64,000 nt of DNA from assembly GCF_964213995.1 (NCBI RefSeq), contig NC_135805.1:74090001-74154000 (forward strand). Direction: 5' to 3'. This document shows, in pieces, positions 9,353 to 22,617 of the stretch. The notes under the pieces are model-generated. The model did not search any database, was not told the origin of the DNA, and saw only the letters and a program-made list of their open reading frames with translations. This stretch comes from Mustelus asterias. Its lineage: Eukaryota. The stretch's first letter is position 1. Each line of letters begins with the position of its first letter. The position numbers were made by a program, and so were the translations under genes.

Positions 9353-12084
9353 GGAGTCCATTTGTGTTGGTACCTGGTAAAACTGTTTGCACTCCCACAA
9401 GACATTTTGTTTATTTCCCCGAATAAATGTAAAAGTTACAGCATATCATTTCTGAAAATGAACCAAATGTTTGTTTCAACAAAATTGACACTAGATTTAG
9501 CAACAATTTGTGGAGCAGTAGTTAAAATGCTTGGGTTACTAACCTGCCATTAAGAAGTCATCTGGATCTTTCAGTTTCCAATTGTGAGGCTTCTGGACAG
9601 GCCACTTCTAATTCACAATTGGTGGTTGGGATCTGATGACAACAAAGGGTCCTGACAGCAACTGTAACTTCAGCCTGAATGGGAAACTGCTTTAGCTTTC
9701 CTACCAGGTAAAGGCCAAAGTGAAGAGGATCATGGATAAAGCAGTGCTTCTCTGATGCCAAAGGGAAATTTTAGACCTACCTTGCCCCTGACCTTTCATT
9801 GCTTTTCCTTTCACCAGCAACTCTTTAAACCCTCTTGCCATATTTGAATGTCATTTTCCCCAAACTTCGTGCCCATCCTGAGCAGCAAGTTGATTGCAGC
9901 ATGTTGGTGAGGCCTAGTAATTAAAATCTGTAAGTCCTCATATATTCATTGGCAGACTCAAAACTAACAGGAACATGTTGGAAGTTAAACCATTCCAGCC
10001 CCCAACTCTTCACCCCTTGGTGTGTGTAAGTGAACATATTGATCCATATGTGGTTTGTTGCAAATAAACTCATGACAGGGAATCATGGATTTTATTTGGT
10101 AAACATGCAGCAGAATTGTAATTTGTCAAGGCACAGAAGGTGGCACAGGCTTTCTCACTATCCTCATTTTGCTCAGAGTTTCCTACTTCTTCTTTGTTCT
10201 TCAGCTCTGAAGTCTGTAATGGATTAATCTGGTCCTATCCACAAACACTTATCTCATTTCCACAGTTTGGTTCTCAGGTCATCTGTGTGATGATCTCTCC
10301 AATTTAAACTGCTGCAATTGGCTCTGATACTGAATTGAATGGAAAGAAAAATCAATGGAGTGTACAATCAGCATATGCTAACAGTTCTACACCATGCCAA
10401 AGTTGAAAGTTCTGCCTAATATGTGAAGTGTATGTCACATTTATATTCAAATTTAATATTTCTTGTGCTTGTACATTCAAAAGTCTGTTATATTTGGGTT
10501 GAAAGGTCTGTTACTGTTTTGTACATTCTTTCTTAATTATAAGTAACTAAAATTGAAAGAAATCCTGTCAAACTCAAAAGAACTATAAGTGGGATGTTCC
10601 TGAGTTGCATAGATCTGAAATGTCTCAACTTGTTGAGACTCTGAATTGGATTTGATTTGATTGAATTGGAAAAGTATAGACAGCAGGCATTGGCTACAAA
10701 GAAGCTTCAGCAGCAGATATGTTTAGTGACTGAACTTGCATACCTGTTTGATCTAACAAAGTTTGTCAATAAACAGGAACTAAGTGCTGCTTTTGAAAGG
10801 TCTGTCATAATGGATTATAAAAAGAACACACAAAAATCTTTAAAGGAAGATTAGCTAATCAAATTAAAGTGACATTTCCAGCAAGAATGACACACTCGAA
10901 TCCCGATGAGGCCCAGCAGTAGCAGGAGGTCTCATGTATACTTGTCGAGGTCTATCTTATAGAGAACTTTCTATCAGGGATCCCACCTCCTCCAGCTGGC
11001 AGGATGGAATGCCATGGAGTATTCAAATGGCCAACAGGATGAGTAAGTGGAGGGTGTGATAGACAACCTGTACTGGAAACCCCTCTGTGCAGAGTGAAGG
11101 GGATGAGGCTCCGTAGGGAGGTTCTGGAGCCTGACATGCATGAGCCTGGGCCTCGAGATTACTAGTTTAGTGACATAACCACAATGCCACCTCACCCCCT
11201 AGATCTCCTACACCTGAAGCCCACTTAAATTGTCTCGCTTTTGTCCCTATGCGATCCCTCTTATTTCTGACCTCCCCTTTATTCTGTCTTAACTTGCATC
11301 ACCCAACCCACTATGAGCTTGTTTCTCTTCTCCAATGTTTCATCCTGGTGCTCAGTCCCCTACCAAATTTGTTCAAACACCTCCTCCATATTCTCACATG
11401 GCTCCAATACCTTTCATTATCATCCACCAGGACTGGTCCCAATGGCACAGCAATCTGAAACAATTATTTGTTTATTTCTCCAGCCATGTATTAACTTGTT
11501 TTGTCCTACTATTCCTATGCTGTACAATGTTTTAATGTTTCTTTTCTGATGAGCTTTTACATTGGTTGTAATGGGAAATCTGATTTTCTTAAACATGCTT
11601 CATTTAAAGTCGCACTTTTCAGGAACACAATAACATTAAGTGAGGGATTACTATAATCACTAGCACATGGCACTTTAAGTAATCCAGAGATTACAATGAG
11701 ACCCTGCTTTTTAGCTTCATCTCTTGCTTCTAAAACTCTGACTTCAGGACCTTAACCTTTTCCCTCTCTATGTCATTGGTTCTCATTTGAACTATGCTTT
11801 CAGGCTGTTTCGCTTTCCCCCTCAAAATTTTTGTTCTTTCCCATTGATATCCTTTGGCCTGGTACCTGAGCGGCAAGACATCATGTGGTTTCACAGCCAA
11901 AGCCCACATCAGATTCCTGATCTGTGAAGAGCAGTGAAATTTTACCCAGGGCAGTGAAATGAGCCTCAGTATTCCTAAAATACATAAGGTTCATGATTCT
12001 GTCCCTGTATCAGCCCTGCTGGAAAGGCAAATGTTTAGATGCTGGATGGAAGAAGATCCAGAGCTGGCACGGTGGTCTGAGGAT

Positions 12085-12323
12085 ATGTACCAACTGAATC
12101 AAGAACAGCTCCTTCCCTGTTGCCATCAGACTTTTGAATGGACCTACCTTGTAATAAGTTGATCTTTCTCTACACCCTAGCTGTGACTGTAACACTACAT
12201 TCTGCACTCTCTTTTTTCCTTCTCTATGTACGGTATGCTTTGTCTGTACAGCGCACAAGAAACAATACTTTTCACTGTACACTAATTCAGGTGACAATAA
12301 TAAATCAAATCAAATCAAATCAA
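12085..12323 (+). mobile_element. Rex1/Babar-like LINE 3' end
   Basis: Ends ttttcactgtacactaattcaggtgacaataataaatcaaatcaaatcaaatcaaa; same family at 22487-22617(-) and 59250-60750(-). Confidence 0.65.
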
Positions 12324-12325
12324 AA

Positions 12326-12467
12326 ACTGCCCTTTAGTGTCCCAAGATGTGTAGGTTAGGGAGATTAGCGGGGTTAGGGAGATAGGCGTGGTCAAGATGG
12401 TCTCTCGGAAAGTCGGCGCAGACTTGATGGGCCGAGTGGCCTCCTTCTGCACTGTCGGTATTCTGTA
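12326..12467 (+). mobile_element. HE1-type SINE 3' half
   Basis: tgccctttagtgtcccaagatgtgtaggttagg...ggcctccttctgcactgt. Confidence 0.75.
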
Positions 12468-12921
12468 CAGCACAGTGGGACTGTGAAATCTGGATGTCTC
12501 AGACAATGCAGGATGTTTGAAGGCTATAGCTAAAAGCAGCTATAAAAATAGGCTCAGCATTTCGGAAGCTGGTTTAATTTGCAAGCAATTGACAGCTATG
12601 TTTCATTGCCAGGAAACTGCAGTAGAATAATACCACCACTGTCACTTCAGCAGAGATCAGCTAACTCAGCACGGACTAAATGTTGTGACTGATACTTTGC
12701 TGGTTCAAACTAAATAAATTCACTGAGCCATCAGAGATTAAATAACATTTTAATTCTCATTCAAAGCAAATCCAATTATGGGTGAATCAAACTGTTGTTT
12801 CCAGGAATGTATTTGAACTTGGAAACATGATGAACCAATAATTGGAACCAGAAGCTTGTTGAATTGCTTTACTTTTAAATTCTTGCAAGAAAGTAAGCAA
12901 GCTAAAACCATGAGAAAATAA

Positions 12922-13965
12922 TGTAAGAACATAAGAAATAGGAGCTGGTTTGGGCCATTAAGTCCTTTGCACTTGATCCACCATTCAACAAGATCAAAGC
13001 TGATGTTCTACTGCCACTTCACCTTCCTCACGCTATCACTGATCCCTTAACTCTGTTAGTCCCTGAAAAACTTTTATTGACCTCTGTCTTGAAGAAACTT
13101 GATGTGGAGATGCCGGCATTGGACTGGGGTGGGCACAGTAAGAAGTCTCACAACACCAGGTTAAAGTCCAACAGGTTTATTTGGAATCATGAGCTTTCGG
13201 AGCGCTGTTCCTTCCTCAGGTGAGTGAGGAAGGAGCAGTGCCACTCACCTGAGGAAGAAGCAGCACTCCAAAAGCTTGTGATTCCAAATAAACCTGTTGG
13301 ACTTTAACCTGGTGTTGTGAGACTTCTTATTGAAGAAGCTTAACAAATAAGCATTGAGGCTGTCTGAGGTAGAGGATTTCAAAGGTCCACTACCCATTGA
13401 GTGACAAAATTTCTCGTCACCTTAGTCCTATATGGCCGACCCGTTATTCTGAGATTATGACCACTGTGTTCTTGAAATACCAATCAGGGGCAAAATTTTC
13501 TTGACATTTACCCTGTCAAATTCTTTGACTTTTATTTGCTCCAATTAGATCATCTCTCATTCTTCAAAACTTCAGCGATTATAGATCTAGTCTTCCTAGC
13601 AAAGTTGAAGCTCATTGAATAATGAGCAACACGGATACAAAGTTGGTTGAATGACAGAAGACAGGGGGTAATGGTGAACGGCTATTTTTCAGACTGAAGT
13701 AAGATGCAGAATGGTGTTTCCCAGCGGTCAGCTTTTGGACCACAGCTTTTTTTGATCCTAGATCCTAGAACCTAGACTTGAGTGTACAGGCCACAATTTC
13801 AAAATTTGCCGATGACACAAAACTTGGAAATACTTCAAAATATGAAGACTATAGTGATAGATTTCAGTAAATCATAGACAAGCAGGTGGAATTAGTGGCA
13901 GGTGAAGTCTAATGCATAGAAGCGTGAAGTAATACATGTTAGTAGGAAGGAGAAGTTAAACCTTT
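12922..13965. mobile_element. Old CR1 fragments (12922-13590 on -, 13598-13965 on +)
   Basis: (taagaaca)n tail on -; FADDTKL (tttgccgatgacacaaaactt) at ~13805 on +. Confidence 0.7.
13101..13329. mobile_element. Fold-back Penelope-like mini-element #2 (older)
   Basis: Inverted arms 13139-13226 and 13242-13329, extension on the left, TSD ttgaagaaactt (13089-13100) and ttgaagaagctt (13330-13341); hammerhead CTGAGGA...GAAA on - strand. Confidence 0.85.
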
Positions 13966-14799
13966 TAAATACTTTTAAAAACTTAAAATGGTAAAGTGCA
14001 TGGATATAGGAACATGTATTGGACAGTCTATAAAACTGATGAGCTAAGTAAAATAAAACCATTTGAAAACACCAATTTACTTGCACACAGAAAATTTGAT
14101 GGCTGTGCAAAATGCAGATGAGTGGAAGAAATGTCTAAAATTTGTGATGAAGACTTCAACATATGTCTCAATAAGGAGGTGAAGCATCACTGGCTTATCA
14201 GTATTGATATGTGCAGGGTATATAAAAAATGTAGATCTTGATGTGGAGGCTATGATTGTTAACAGCACCATCCCCACGGACTGCTGAATAATGTCACAAA
14301 AAATTTGAATGGTTTGCCAGGATTTATAGAAGTCTTGGAATTTATTTTCATTTAAGATTTTAAAGACTATGAAATTAAGATTTTTTTGTGGGCTGGTTGG
14401 TGGTTGGCTGGGATGTTTAGGATTACATGAGGTCAGGAGATTCAAAGGCCTCTGAGCCCCCCCGACCTGATCATCACACCAGGTCTCTGCTAGTGGAGAC
14501 CAGTAGTGATTCTTGCCGGGCCCGCGCTGTGTCCAAGGGTTGGAAGATCCGGGCTAAGCATATTTAAATGCTTCCTTAAATATGCTAATCGACCTTGGAC
14601 CCTTTTTGGGCCAGCAGAAAGGGACTGGGACTATAGCAAACCATTTTGTGGTGGGCATGAAACCCGTTTTCAGGCCCACAGGCAATTTTCCGGGATTGGC
14701 ACGGCAAGACTGGAAGATTGCCCCGTGTCTTTAACTATTTACATTGCACTTCTGTAACTCCCTTTTTCACAACTACAGATTTTACCCAACTTCAACTCC

Positions 14800-15960
14800 T
14801 ACTCTTCCAATCCAAAAGTCACAGACCCAGGAGATTCAATCTCCCACAGTATTTTCAGCTCTTAGGGAAGACATCTTGGAAACATGAAGGCTTTCTTCTG
14901 AATCTAGTAGAACATCATCATCTGCAGAATGGAATAACATTGCCAGGAGACAACGGTTAGGTGCCAGGATGACCGAATTTCAAGGACAACAAAGACTCTT
15001 CAACAAAGGGTTGATCCAAGAGAGAAACCGGAAGAGGATCGATCTTTGGACTGTCTGGGCCCAGAAGAGAAGAACTCAGGACACTCTGAGGAGCTTGAAC
15101 ATACAGGGAAAGAGCTTCAGAAGAGGAATGATCTTCAAACCCAGGAAAGATGATCACAGCTGTTTCATCCACTGTTGTATCAAAGACTGAAAGTCATTGA
15201 ACATCTGAGATTTCAATGAACTTAGACGACAAAGGAAAAAACAACCAACAATGAACTGTCCAGTAAAGAAGAGAGGATTTTCTAATGATATTTCTGGAGG
15301 ACTGGAAGTTCTGTAGACAGTGATAAGAGAGCCACACTTTTCTCCATGTGAGGATGCTCCACCATGGAGAGTGGGAATAATTGCTGAGAGTATGGAGACA
15401 AAACAAACTTATCTTCTGTAATGAGATTAATTCCTGTAGAGTATCAACTTGGTAAAAGACTGTTGTACAGGATTCTGCAGCACCAGAAGTGCGAAAGATT
15501 CTGCAACTTCTGTGCTGACATACAGCTTGGGAGGGAAGAAGACTTTCAGCTGGGAATGAAGTGTAGGTGGCAATTGACTTTCAACCCTGGAAAGTATAGT
15601 GTAATCCTCTACAGAATCTGAAATGGACTCAGGCAAATCATTTTCTGTGGAAGATTTTTCATGGACAACAGGAGTTGGGCTAGGCAATAGTGGGTTCAGT
15701 GGAACTAAGATCTGAATGCTGCTCAGCCGCTAGAAACACTGTGGACACCTCCAAAAAAACAACAGGACTTCATGTGGTGTATCCTCAATGGAAAGATGAA
15801 TCACCCTCTTGGACCTTAAACTCCAAAGGATCGCTGAATGCTGCAAACGATTCTTCCTCGGCACATTCTGTTCAACTGTTTCACTTGATGGAGGGGCACA
15901 TTTCAATTTCCTGTTGCTCGGGCGACCGATGCGCAACTTTTGGGAAGGAAAGGTAGCAAG
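14800..15960 (+). mobile_element. Highly decayed LINE ORF2 remnant
   Basis: Frameshifted GDFNLP-like endonuclease motif at ~14830; WQLTFNPGK at ~15567-15594. Confidence 0.4.
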
Positions 15961-16069
15961 TGCAGAGAAATTGAAATTTATCCAAGCACCACAAATCTGT
16001 CACTATGAACAAGCTACAGATGAGAAGACTAACTTATCCCCTTACCTTCTCTACCTAATGACCTCTGAC

Positions 16070-16240
16070 TTAGTGAGGCATATGTCCTTGTTTTTGTTTG
16101 CACAAGAAGTCAATGCCTACCCATATACTTGATGTAGTGCCATGGAGGATTGCAAACCTGAAGCCCATCTCTCAGAAGTGATACTTATTTTGTATTCTTG
16201 TCCATTGTCTTGACATGAGAGACCACATTTCCATTCGTTC
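16070..16240 (-). pseudogene. Second, diverged hAT transposase C-terminal tail
   Basis: AILHGTTSSIWVGIDFLCKQKQGHMPH* (stop 16070-16072), paralogous to LLCKQKQCQISH* ending at 16384. Confidence 0.6.
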
Positions 16241-16383
16241 CTTGCTCACAAAAGTCCCTTGCGCAATTTCTGGAAGAGAAACAACCAGATGATTTGAAAT
16301 TTATCTTGAACAGTAGAAATCTAGATTTGTATGAGAAGGCTAATTTATCACCTTACCTTCTCCACACCACAGTGAGCATGGAT

Positions 16384-18260
16384 TCAGTGAGATATCTGGC
16401 ACTGCTTTTGCTTACATAAGAGGTCACACTTGAGGTACCTGTATGGAATATTCTGGATAGATGTCCATCTGTCAGCAATTATCTTGATTTTGACTAGATG
16501 TTTTTCATCAACAACATCATGAGGAGGTTGGACAGAGTAGATTGGGGGAAATTGTTCCCACTTCTAAAAGGATTGAGAATGAGGGGGCACAGATACAAAG
16601 TGATTTGTAAAAAAGGCAAATATGATGTGGAAAAAAACTCGTTCACACAGCAAGTGGTTCAGTTCTGGAATGCATTGCCTGAAAGGCGGTGGAGGCAGGT
16701 TGAGTTGAGGCATTCAAGAGGGCATTAGAAGATTATTTGAATGTAAACAATGTGAAGCAGTACGGAGAATAGTAGGAAAATGGCACTAAGTCATCATGCT
16801 CATTTTGAGAGCCAGTGCAGAGACAATGGGCTGTGAATGGCCTTCTTCTGTACTGCAACAATTCTGTAATTCTGAAAAAGGTGCTTGCAGCAATATGTGC
16901 TACCAAACAGTACAATGAATCGCCAAGCATGTCTGGACAGGTTTGATATGAATCAGAGGGAAAATAACACCTGTAAAATGTCAGAAGACCAAACTTTGCA
17001 AAAGTTCTCTGTAGGGCACTGCATCTCCGCTAGCTTCATCTGGAACGCACCAGAAGGATCTATGGTATCAAAATCGATCTGCAAACAGCTTCATCCTATT
17101 GCAGTGCCCCCTGAAATAATCCCTCAAACCACTGATCAGTGCAGCATACTGCTCATGATCAACTATCTCAACATGCCTTGTGGAGAGTATTGTGAGATGG
17201 ACAACCTTCTTCATGGCCAACTGTTTCTAAAGCAATTCCAACTTCTAAATGAATGTTTGGACATTCTTATATGGTCCATTGATGAATTGATCTTTCCTTG
17301 CAGTTTTTCATTCAAGTCTGCAAGAAGCTTAGGGATGTTAATGAGGAATGCTAAGCCATTGAGCCACTCATTATTTTCCATGAAATTCATGTCTTTTCCT
17401 TTGTCAGCCTGAAGCTTTATATCTTTTCAAGTAGTGCCCAGAATATGGCTAGTGTGGCCACTTTGCTGAGCTAAATGGCATCCTCATGCTGTGAGCCCAC
17501 CTCTATGAGAAATCCTCGGAACTACGTGTGATTGAGTCCTTTGGATCTTATGAAATTAACTGTTGAGAGAACCTTCTCCATCACATGTCTCACTCCAGGA
17601 TCTTTGCACACAGCTGTTTTTGGTGGATTATGCAGTGATGTTATAACAATCCCAGAAATAGCTGCAAATCAGGAAATAGAAGGGTCTCAAAGTCCATGGT
17701 GGGCTCCTGCAGCATCAGAGAACATTGTCTGCTACTGGACCTACCGCATAAAGAAAAGAACTGACTTGAAGCTTTTCTCTGTTTTTGCGAAGGCATGAAA
17801 CTACTCCATGCTGGAGAAAATGTATTTTCCCATAACTTCCTTTGGTGGTCTCTGAGGGCCCTCAAGGCAGTCAAACAGGAGGGGCAAGAGCAGGGTTTGC
17901 TCATCAGGTATGGTCACAGCTAACTCTCATCAACATGCCTCCTCTTTCTGCTAATTTGTTGCAAACTGCTATAAAGGTGTTCTCCACTCTATGGTTCGTT
18001 CATGAACACTAATGTGTTTTTTTGCATCAATGTCTCCACAATTCACCATGTTCTGAGATGATTCTTCTATCTTGGACTCCAGCTGTGGGACTTGATTTGT
18101 AGATGGACTATAGTCATTCTCTGATATCTGCTTAGCGCTTGTTTATGAGTGCGACATCTATACATGTTACAGAATGGGCATGGTGCTCCTAGACAAGATT
18201 ACAACATTTCTCTCTCCAGTTTGATTTGTTGTGATCTGCTATAAAGGTGTTCTCCACTCC
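16384..18260 (-). mobile_element. Decayed hAT (Charlie/SPIN/GTF2IRD2-like) transposase
   Basis: HCIIHQKQLCAK (~17602-17637), VMEKVLSTVNFIRSKGLNH, WLNGLAFLINI..L.DLNEKLQGK, LFGSTYCC (~16893-16907), LTDGHL, KQCQISH*; many stops and frameshifts. Confidence 0.85.
16497..16872 (+). mobile_element. CR1 3' fragment inserted in the hAT
   Basis: ORF 16498..16728 LDRVDWGKLFP...RGHRYK...FTQQVVQFWNALP plus tail. Confidence 0.85.
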
Positions 18261-18264
18261 TTCA

Positions 18265-18642
18265 GAATAACAAAATGGTTACATCACAGAAGGAAGTCAT
18301 TTGGCTGATTGTGCCTGCACTGGCACTCCAAAGGACAATTCACAAGTGTCACTACCCGGCCTTCTCCCTGTAGCCTTGCACATTTTCTCCTTGTCAGATA
18401 ATAATCTATTCCCCTTTTAAATGCCTTGATTGAGTCTGCCTCCACCATACTCTCAGGCAGTGCATTCCAAATCCCAGCTGCTTGTTACCTGAAAAAGCTT
18501 TTCCTCTTGCCTCCATTGCTTCTTTTGCCAATACTTTGGATCCGAGCCCTCTTTTTCTCAATCCTTTCCACCAATGGGTACAGGTTTCCCTATCTTCTCT
18601 TTCCAAATCCTCATGATTTTGTACACCTCTATCAAATCTCAT
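18265..18642 (-). mobile_element. Old CR1 3' fragment
   Basis: Reverse CR1 3' end (gcagtgcattccaaatcc...ttttgtacacctctatcaaatc). Confidence 0.75.
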
Positions 18643-18724
18643 GACCCATATTTAAACAAACAATCTGAATAAAGATTGAATATGATGCCTTTGCAAGTGA
18701 TAAGCCATAAGAAGACATCAAACT

Positions 18725-19075
18725 GGGCGGCACGGTAGCACAGTGGTTAGCACTGCTGCTTCACAGCTCCAGGGTCCCGGGTTCGATTCCCGGCTCGGGT
18801 CACTGTCTGTGTGGAGTTTGCACATTCTCCTCGTGTTTGCGTGGGTTTCCTCCGGGTGCTCCGGTTTCCTCCCACAGTCCAAAGATGTGCGGGTTAGGTT
18901 GATTGGCCAGGTTAAAAATTGCCCCTTAGAGTCCTGAGATGCGTAGGTTAGAGGGGTTAGCGGGTAAATATGTGGGGGTAGGGCCTGGGTGGGATTGTGG
19001 TCGGTGCAGACTCGATGGGCCGAATGGCCTCCTTCTGCACTGTAGGGTTTCTATGATTTCTATGATTTCTATGAT
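18725..19075 (+). mobile_element. HE1-type V-SINE, full length, young
   Basis: gggcggcacggtagcacagtgg A box, ggttcgattcc B box, V-domain, (ttctatgat)3 tail, CpGs retained. Confidence 0.95.
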
Positions 19076-19129
19076 CATGTGAAATAGGAGGGATATCTGT
19101 CCCTTTCTAATGGACCATTGAATAAATAA

Positions 19130-20966
19130 TTGACACAAGACTTCTACAAATACATAAAGGGCAAAAGAGTAACTAGGGAGAGAGTAGGGCCTCTTAAGGA
19201 TCAACAAGATCATCTATGTACGGTTCCACAAGAGATGAGTGAGATCCTAAATGAATATTTCTCATCAGTATTTACTGTTGAGAAAAGCATGGATGTTAGG
19301 GAACTTGGGGAAATAAATAGTGATGTCTTGGGGAGTGTACAAAAAACAGAGAAGGAGGTGCTGGAAGTCTTAAAGTGCATCAAGGTAGATAAATCCCCGG
19401 AATCTGATGGAGTGTACCCCAGGACATTGTGGGAGGCTAGGGAGAAAATTGCCAGTCCCCTAGCAGAGATACTTGAATCATCAATAGTCACAGGTGAGGT
19501 GCCTGAAGATTGGAGGGTGGCAAATGTTGTGCCTTTGTTTAAAAAGGGCTGCAGGGAAAAGCCTGGGAACTATAGGCAGGTGAGCCACACATCTGTAGTG
19601 GATAAGTTGTTAGAAGGTATTTTGAGAGACAGGATCTACAGGCATTTAGAGACGCAAGGACTGATTAGGGACAGTCAGCATGGCTTTGTGAATGGAAAAT
19701 CATGTTTCACAAATTTGATTGAGTTTTTTGAAGAGGTAACCAAGAAGGTAGATGAGGGCAGTGCAGTTAATGTTGTCTACATGGACTTTATCAAGGCCTT
19801 TGATAAGGTACCACATGGTAGGCTGTTGCATACGGTTAAATCTCACGGGCTCCAGGGTGAGGTAGCTAAATGGATACAAAATTGGCTTGATGACAGAAGC
19901 CAGAGGGTGATTGTAGAGGGTTGTTTTTCAAACTGGAGACCTGTGACCAGTGGTGTGCCTCAGGGATCGGTGCTGGGTCCACTGTTATTTGTCATTTATA
20001 TTAATGATTTGGATGAGAATATAGGAGGTATGGTTAGTAAGTTTGCAGTTAACACTAAGATTGGTGGCATAGTGGACAGTGAAGAAGGTTATCTAGGATT
20101 GCAATGGGATCTTGATCAATTGGGCCAGTGGGCTCTCGAATGGCAGATGGAGTTTAATTTAGATAAATGCGAGGTGATGCATTTTGGTGGATCAAACCAG
20201 GGCAGGACGTACTCAGTTAATGGTAGGGCCCTGGGGACAGTTATAGAACAAAGAGATCTAGGGATACATGTCCATAGCTCATTGAAAGTGGAATCACAGG
20301 TAGACGGATTGGTGAAGAAGGCATTCGGCATGCGTGGCTTCATTGGTCAGAACATTGAATACAGGAGTTGGGACATCTTGTTGAAGTTGTACAAGACATT
20401 GGTAAGGCCACACTTGGAATATTGTGTACAGTTCTGGTCACCCTATTATAGAAATGATATCATTAAACTAGAAAGAGTGCAGAAAAAATTTACTAGGCTG
20501 CTGCCAGGACCTGATGATTTGAGTTATAAGGAGAGGCTGGATAGACTGGGACTTTTTTCTCTGGAGCGTAGGAGGCTGAGGGGTGATCTTATAGAGGTAT
20601 ATAAAATAATGAGGGAAATAGATCAGCTAGATAGTCAATATCTTTTCCCAAAGGTAGGGGAGTCTAAAACTGGAGGGCATATGTTTAAGGTGAGAGGGGA
20701 GATATACAAAAGGGTCCAGAGGGGCAATTGTTTCACACAGAGGGTGGTGAGTGTCTGGAACAAGCTGCTAGAGGTAGTAGTAGAGGCGGGTACAATTTTG
20801 TCTTTTAAAAAGCATTTAGACAGTTACATGGGTAAGATGGGTATAGAGGGATATGAGCCAAATGTGGGCAATTGGGACTAGCTTAGGGGTTTAAAAATAA
20901 AGGGCGGCATGGACAAGTTGGGTCGAAGGGCTTGTTTCCATGCTGTAAACCTCTATGTCTCTATGA
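19130..20966 (+). mobile_element. 5'-truncated CR1 LINE, 583-aa open RT frame, catalytically dead
   Basis: ORF 19130..20881 has RT motifs, but FADDT reads FAVNT. Confidence 0.95.
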
Positions 20967-21236
20967 ATCTAAGACTGTCATGTATTACAATCTTTATTGA
21001 TATTTGAAGTTTATTCAAGGTCCATTGTACCTTCTGTTCAATTCCCCTCAAATTCAGTCAGATGGTGTTAATCTCAAGGACACATAGTTGAGTTATGAGC
21101 CCTGCCCAAGCTCCAGATGAAGGATTGAAATCAACCAGAATTATTAGCTTTTTCTTGATAAACATTTGAATATTTCTAAAAAGATTGTTATTTCTCAGGT
21201 ATTATAAGGGCCCAGTAAATGTTCTCTCACCACACA

Positions 21237-22291
21237 TGCAGAACTGGAATGTGGGTTCGTGAGTCTTTGATACAGAAGGTTAAATGAGGCGATTAAAGTT
21301 TTCAGCGCACAGAAATTTATTAAAATAAGAAAGCATGCAATTTCGGTGGTTATACAAAAGGTATAAATCGCAAGCTAGATAAATTCCAAAAAGAAAAGAT
21401 CGTTCTTATTTATATAAGACAATCCCAGGTTTAAACTTGACTTTAACTTTAATAAAACCTTTAAACTTTAACTTTGTTACAGATATAGCATTTCAAAAAA
21501 TGTAAGACCATCCATCAATTTTTAAAGTGATATTACCTGAATCTCTGAGCATGTGAGATTTGCATAAGTTCAGAATAGATTGATGTCAATTTACAGGAGT
21601 ACAACGAACCTGAAGGTCGTATAGTTACATGGAAGATATTTATTTGGTCAATAATAGACCATCCCTAATTAATATCCTACATTTGGAAAAAGGACCACCC
21701 ATTATAATGAGATGCCCATTCAATTTCTAGGAAATGTTATTTTGAATTTATTCCTGAAAACTGAACTTTATTGTCAGATGGACAATGTTGCTAAGTCAGG
21801 GGGAAGTGTCCAGCCAGATAATAAGACTTGAGATTTAACATTCTTTTATCTGATTGCAGATTTAATTATCGGGGTGGCATTGTATGTACTAATACAATGG
21901 TAAGAACCATAGAATACCATTTTTTAGGTGTTTGCATTTCTTGTCGGTAAACATTGTTGTGAAAGAAGTTAATCTTGCTGTTTGCAAGCTAATTTTGGCT
22001 CCTGTTAAAATATGTTTTAGTGTGAGTTTACCCAGAGTAATATTTAACGTAATACTCCAGTGTTAATTGCACTTTATTTGACCCTTATTCCTTCATGAGA
22101 CAACCATCAAGCCTCTGGAAATAAGGTATATAAGTGAGAAGGAAAAATCATTTTGGACAGAAAAGAGCTTTTTGAGGTGGATCCATTTTGGCTTCGGTCT
22201 AACATTTTGGTTAGCTAAAAAATATTTTGGACAGAGGTGAGCTTTTCAAAGATCCATGCTGACGTTGGGTTAATAGTTTGGCTAAGAGACA
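21237..22291 (-). repeat. Possible LTR-like/unclassified repeat
   Basis: tg...ca ends, AATAAA on - at ~21316 followed by a U5-like segment, imperfect internal ~75-bp duplication at 22148-22285; no TSD seen. Confidence 0.25.
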
Positions 22292-22304
22292 GCAGAAGAG
22301 ATTA

Positions 22305-22405
22305 AATAAAAGAGAAAATAATGGAGAAACGCTTTAGGTCTGTCAGCATCTGTGGAAAAAGAAACAGAGTTAATGCTTCAAGTCTGTATGACTCTTCTTC
22401 AGAGC
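22305..22405 (-). mobile_element. Second-family Penelope-like terminal fragment with decayed hammerhead
   Basis: Reverse complement gctCTGAAGAagagtcatacagacttGAAGcattaactctg...ccacagatgctg. Confidence 0.6.
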
Positions 22406-22486
22406 AGAAGAGGTTGCCACCTCCAGCTATGGAGATCAGCTTCATCCATTTATTTGTCCAGTCTAGGATCAGTAGACCATTCTTGG

Positions 22487-22617
22487 ATTTGATTTAATTT
22501 GATTTATTATTGTCACATGTATTGAAAATTGATATTGAAAAGTATTGTTTCTTGCATGCTATACAGACAAAGCATACCTTTCATAGAGTACATAGGGAGA
22601 AGGAAAGGAGAGGGTGC
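22487..22617 (-). mobile_element. Rex1/Babar-like LINE 3' end
   Basis: atttgatttattattgtcacatg...aaagtattgtttcttgc, matching 12085-12323. Confidence 0.65.

Noticed and set aside
10540-10860. hAT dimerisation-domain-like traces (SAAFERS); similar hints at 13990-14330 and a BED-finger-like stretch at 32780-32864
   Set aside because: Too decayed to call without an alignment
16885-17412. 175-aa + strand ORF
   Set aside because: Antisense shadow of the decayed hAT transposase; no recognisable motif
21560-21960. Possible Ig-like or env-like peptide on - strand (INIFHVTIRPSGSLYSC)
   Set aside because: Multiple stops and only a vague motif; needs a profile search
22277-22288. tttggctaaga matching U2 5' region
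   Set aside because: Only 11 nt with no flanking similarity; compatible with chance
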